Positions 26,794 through 29,168 of a DNA stretch of 29,168 nucleotides are shown one piece after another. The position numbers and the translations under genes were made by a program. The stretch comes from Candidatus Bathyarchaeia archaeon (GTDB lineage Archaea; Thermoproteota; Bathyarchaeia; Bathyarchaeales; Bathycorpusculaceae), in contig JBEKKX010000031.1 of NCBI GenBank assembly GCA_050010515.1, positions 1 to 29,168 of the forward strand, read 5' to 3'. The notes beneath the pieces are model-generated. The model saw nothing but the letters and a program-made list of their open reading frames with translations, searched no databases and was not told where the DNA came from. The stretch's first letter is position 1. The number at the start of each line of letters is the position of its first letter.

Positions 26794-28170
26794 TTGATTC
26801 TCTTAATGACCACTGCCCCGCCAGAAAACGGTGCATGGTACCTTGGCAAACGGTTGCCTCCAATAGGCTTAATGTACGTTGCCGCCGCACTCGAAAAAGC
26901 AGGTTTCGAGGTGCAAATGCTCGACAACTATCTCATGAAAAAATCAACTGGTGAAATCAAGCAGTTAGTCACAACCCTTAACCCGCAAATTGTGGGCATT
27001 ACATGCGGCTCAGCTACTTACGCTCGCTGCGTAGAGACCGCGAAAGCCATCAAAGAAGCCCTGCCTAACTGCAAAATAGTTGTTGGTGGATGGCACGCTT
27101 CCTATGTGCCTGATAGTTTACTGGCGAACCCAGAAATCGATTATGTGGTTATGGGTGAAGGCGAAAGAGCAATGACACAACTTGCCACATGCATCACAAA
27201 CGGCAATGAGCCTGCTGCCGCAACTATTCCAGGTGTTGCGTGTAGACGCCAAGGAAAAAACATCAAAAACCAGCCGAAATTCATCGAAAACCTCGACGAG
27301 GTTCCTTATCCAGCGAGACACTTATTGCCGCTTGAACTCTACGATAGAACCATAGAGTATTTGAGCGTTAAACCCGCCGATGTCATGAGCATCTCACGTG
27401 GATGCGTGTTCAACTGTGGCTTTTGCGAAACAAGAAAACTCTGGGGAAACATTTGCCGAGCCTTCAGTCCGCAGAGAGTTATCGACGAAATACAAGATTT
27501 AATGACTAAATATGGCACAAAAGGACTTTACTTTATCAACGACAACTTCACTCTCAGAAAAAAAGAAACTATTGAACTATGCAGCCTAATGATAAAAAAC
27601 AAGCTGGATTTAGAATGGGTCTGCGATACACGTGTGGATTTAGTAGATCAAGAACTTTTAGAAAAGATGAGTAAAGCCGGATGCAAAACTATTTGGTTTG
27701 GAGTTGAATCAGGTTCGCAGAAAATTTTACAGCGGATCGGCAGAAACACAACGCTAGAGCAGATAGAAAGCGCCTTCAAACTTTGCCGCAAAAACAGAAT
27801 ACAAATTGCATGCTCATTCATGCTCGGTGTCCCAGATGAAACGTTAAGGGACATGGAAGCCTCGTTAAAATTCGCTAAAAAATTAAATCCTGACTGGTGT
27901 CTATTCAACATTTTCATTGCTAATCCAGACAGCAAACTTTACCAGGAAGTTTTGGAATCGAAAAATTACGTTCGCCTTGACGAGTTTTTGCTCAGCGTAA
28001 AGACCGAGGAATTTGATTACAACTCGCTTATGGCTATTCAAAGAAGATTTTTCCAGGAATTTCATAGGTCACCGAAGCAGATAATGAAGAGAATTAGGCG
28101 TGAAGGCGTTGTGAACTTTGCAAAAAGAAGATTGAATCCCAGCGCACAAAAAACCGTAGGAATTGCTTGA
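26794..28170 (+). CDS. cobalamin-binding radical SAM protein (class B-like), paralog C
   Basis: PPIGLMYVAAAL, VVGGWHAS, GEGE, SRGCVFNCGFC, GVESG. Co-linear with paralog A (e.g. PARHLLP..YDRT..YLSVKP.D.MSI). Confidence 0.9.
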   Translation: MILLMTTAPPENGAWYLGKRLPPIGLMYVAAALEKAGFEVQMLDNYLMKKSTGEIKQLVTTLNPQIVGITCGSATYARCVETAKAIKEALPNCKIVVGGWHASYVPDSLLANPEIDYVVMGEGERAMTQLATCITNGNEPAAATIPGVACRRQGKNIKNQPKFIENLDEVPYPARHLLPLELYDRTIEYLSVKPADVMSISRGCVFNCGFCETRKLWGNICRAFSPQRVIDEIQDLMTKYGTKGLYFINDNFTLRKKETIELCSLMIKNKLDLEWVCDTRVDLVDQELLEKMSKAGCKTIWFGVESGSQKILQRIGRNTTLEQIESAFKLCRKNRIQIACSFMLGVPDETLRDMEASLKFAKKLNPDWCLFNIFIANPDSKLYQEVLESKNYVRLDEFLLSVKTEEFDYNSLMAIQRRFFQEFHRSPKQIMKRIRREGVVNFAKRRLNPSAQKTVGIA

Positions 28171-28986
28171 TTATTTTTTAGCTGTCCAAAAGCTCATTTC
28201 AGGTCTGCAAAAGAGACGATAAATTAGGGATAGAGGGTTAGGAATCCATGTGCTGTTTTGATAATAGTCCGTGCGCTTTGAGAACTCATAGTTTTCTTTT
28301 TTGAATATTTGTTCTATGCTTTTGTGGTTTAGTGCGTGTTCTTTTTTGTGCCAGTAATCCGACAGGGAATAATCGATTGAGGGAACTTTTAGTCCGATAA
28401 TTTGGAAGTAAAAGCTGTTAAATATGGGGTTTGAATGAAAATAGATGCCTTTGATGAGGTTGGCTAAGCTGCTTGGTTCAGTTTTCCAATAGAAGGGGGA
28501 TGCTTCGTGGTCAATGTAGATTACGCCGCCTTTCTTTAGAAGGACTGAGAGGCTTTTGAGTGCGGTGACGTAATCAGGTAGGTGGTGAAGCACAGAGTAG
28601 CAGGTTATTAAGTCAAATTCGCCAACGTTAAAGGTTAGATTTTCTATTGGTGAGTTGATTATAGTTAATTTACTATTTTTCAAGTAAAAGTTGTATTTGG
28701 TTTGAAGGATTGCGCACATTTCTGCTGAGATGTCTACTGCTGTAACTTTATAGCCCATCTGCAAAAGTTTGCCTGTTAAGTTGCCGGTGCCTGCTCCAAC
28801 GTCAAGAGCGTTTTTTTGGTTATCTGTCACAAGTTTGTTCATAATGTCTAGTTTTGCAGTTATTCTTTTTTGCTCTTGTTTACTGTATACTTCTGGATGG
28901 AGCAGCTCATAGTATCGTGCTTCATGCTGGTGGACGGAAATGTTTGCTTGGTGAATTTTTTCTTTAAGCGTTTGATCTTGTTGCAA
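28171..28986 (-). CDS. class I SAM-dependent methyltransferase
   Basis: ALDVGAGTG, AVDISAEM, FDLITCYSVLHHLPD, LKKGG. TTG start with GAGGAG SD. Confidence 0.9.
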   Translation of the reverse strand: MQQDQTLKEKIHQANISVHQHEARYYELLHPEVYSKQEQKRITAKLDIMNKLVTDNQKNALDVGAGTGNLTGKLLQMGYKVTAVDISAEMCAILQTKYNFYLKNSKLTIINSPIENLTFNVGEFDLITCYSVLHHLPDYVTALKSLSVLLKKGGVIYIDHEASPFYWKTEPSSLANLIKGIYFHSNPIFNSFYFQIIGLKVPSIDYSLSDYWHKKEHALNHKSIEQIFKKENYEFSKRTDYYQNSTWIPNPLSLIYRLFCRPEMSFWTAKK

Positions 28987-29058
28987 CTTTACTCCTCATT
29001 CTCGCGAGTTAGCATTGCGAATAGTGCATTTTAAGATTTAAATAATTTGAAATGAATG

Positions 29059-29080
29059 ACCGCAACCTTACGGTTGCGGT
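29059..29080. repeat. perfect 9-bp hairpin, probable IS200/IS605 subterminal palindrome
   Basis: ACCGCAACC-TTAC-GGTTGCGGT, 13 bp beyond the TnpA stop. Confidence 0.7.
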
Positions 29081-29093
29081 ATCTTCAGAAAAA

Positions 29094-29168
29094 TTATGGA
29101 TGCTTAGATTGTTCTATGTAGCGTTTGATTGTTTCAGCATTGACCTGGCCAATTGAACGGTAGAATTT
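29094..29168 (-). mobile_element. tnpA: IS200/IS605 family transposase TnpA, C-terminal fragment (enters from the right edge)
   Basis: Not in the ORF track. The minus strand reads KFYRSIGQVNAETIKRYIEQSKHP*, matching the Y1 HUH transposase C-terminal F--S/T-G-V---TI--YIE motif with the catalytic Tyr. A hairpin lies adjacent. Confidence 0.75.

Noticed and set aside
444-27935. Numerous 60-120 aa ORFs antisense to or nested in the called genes (e.g. 444..698, 9846..10211, 15511..15846, 24885..25238, 25700..25993), plus 4492..4710 and 26541..26723
   Set aside because: Shadow or low-complexity frames with no recognisable motifs.
1-29168. CRISPR array, tRNA, rRNA or canonical cobalamin riboswitch
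   Set aside because: By eye I found no regularly spaced repeats, T-loop/anticodon cloverleafs, rRNA tracts or B12-box.

Overview
Archaeal chromosomal window. Alba, an Sm-like protein, archaeal CobY/CobZ, a Tes-type radical SAM, BRE/TATA promoters and frequent TTG starts point to Archaea; Bathyarchaeia is my inference and is not proven. 1-6.2 kb is a mixed accessory stretch: Alba (partial), a doubly frameshifted GT4 glycosyltransferase, a YkgJ-type Cys-cluster protein, small Cys-rich ORFs, an LSm gene, an ~0.9 kb intergenic region with an A-rich tract and a hairpin-dense element, and an AT-rich two-gene cassette (C39-like peptidase plus an unknown protein with putative winged helices). 6.3-29 kb is a coherent ~22.7 kb cluster and the main candidate for an undescribed system. 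It holds a tetraether-synthase (Tes/GDGT-MAS)-like radical SAM, a divergent DGGGP-synthase-like UbiA prenyltransferase, a radical SAM/SPASM enzyme (possibly Gms-like), three B12-binding radical SAM enzymes, five glycosyltransferases, a nucleotide-sugar epimerase, a SAM methyltransferase and two diphthine-ammonia-ligase-like PP-loop ATPases. These are interleaved with cobamide nucleotide-loop genes (cobZ, cobS, cobY, cobD). I read this as a putative gene cluster for B12-dependent modified or glycosylated tetraether membrane lipids that carries part of its own cofactor supply. The right edge holds the 3' end of an IS200/IS605 TnpA with its subterminal hairpin. No rRNA, tRNA or CRISPR array was seen. 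All family calls come from motif recognition by eye, without database searches.
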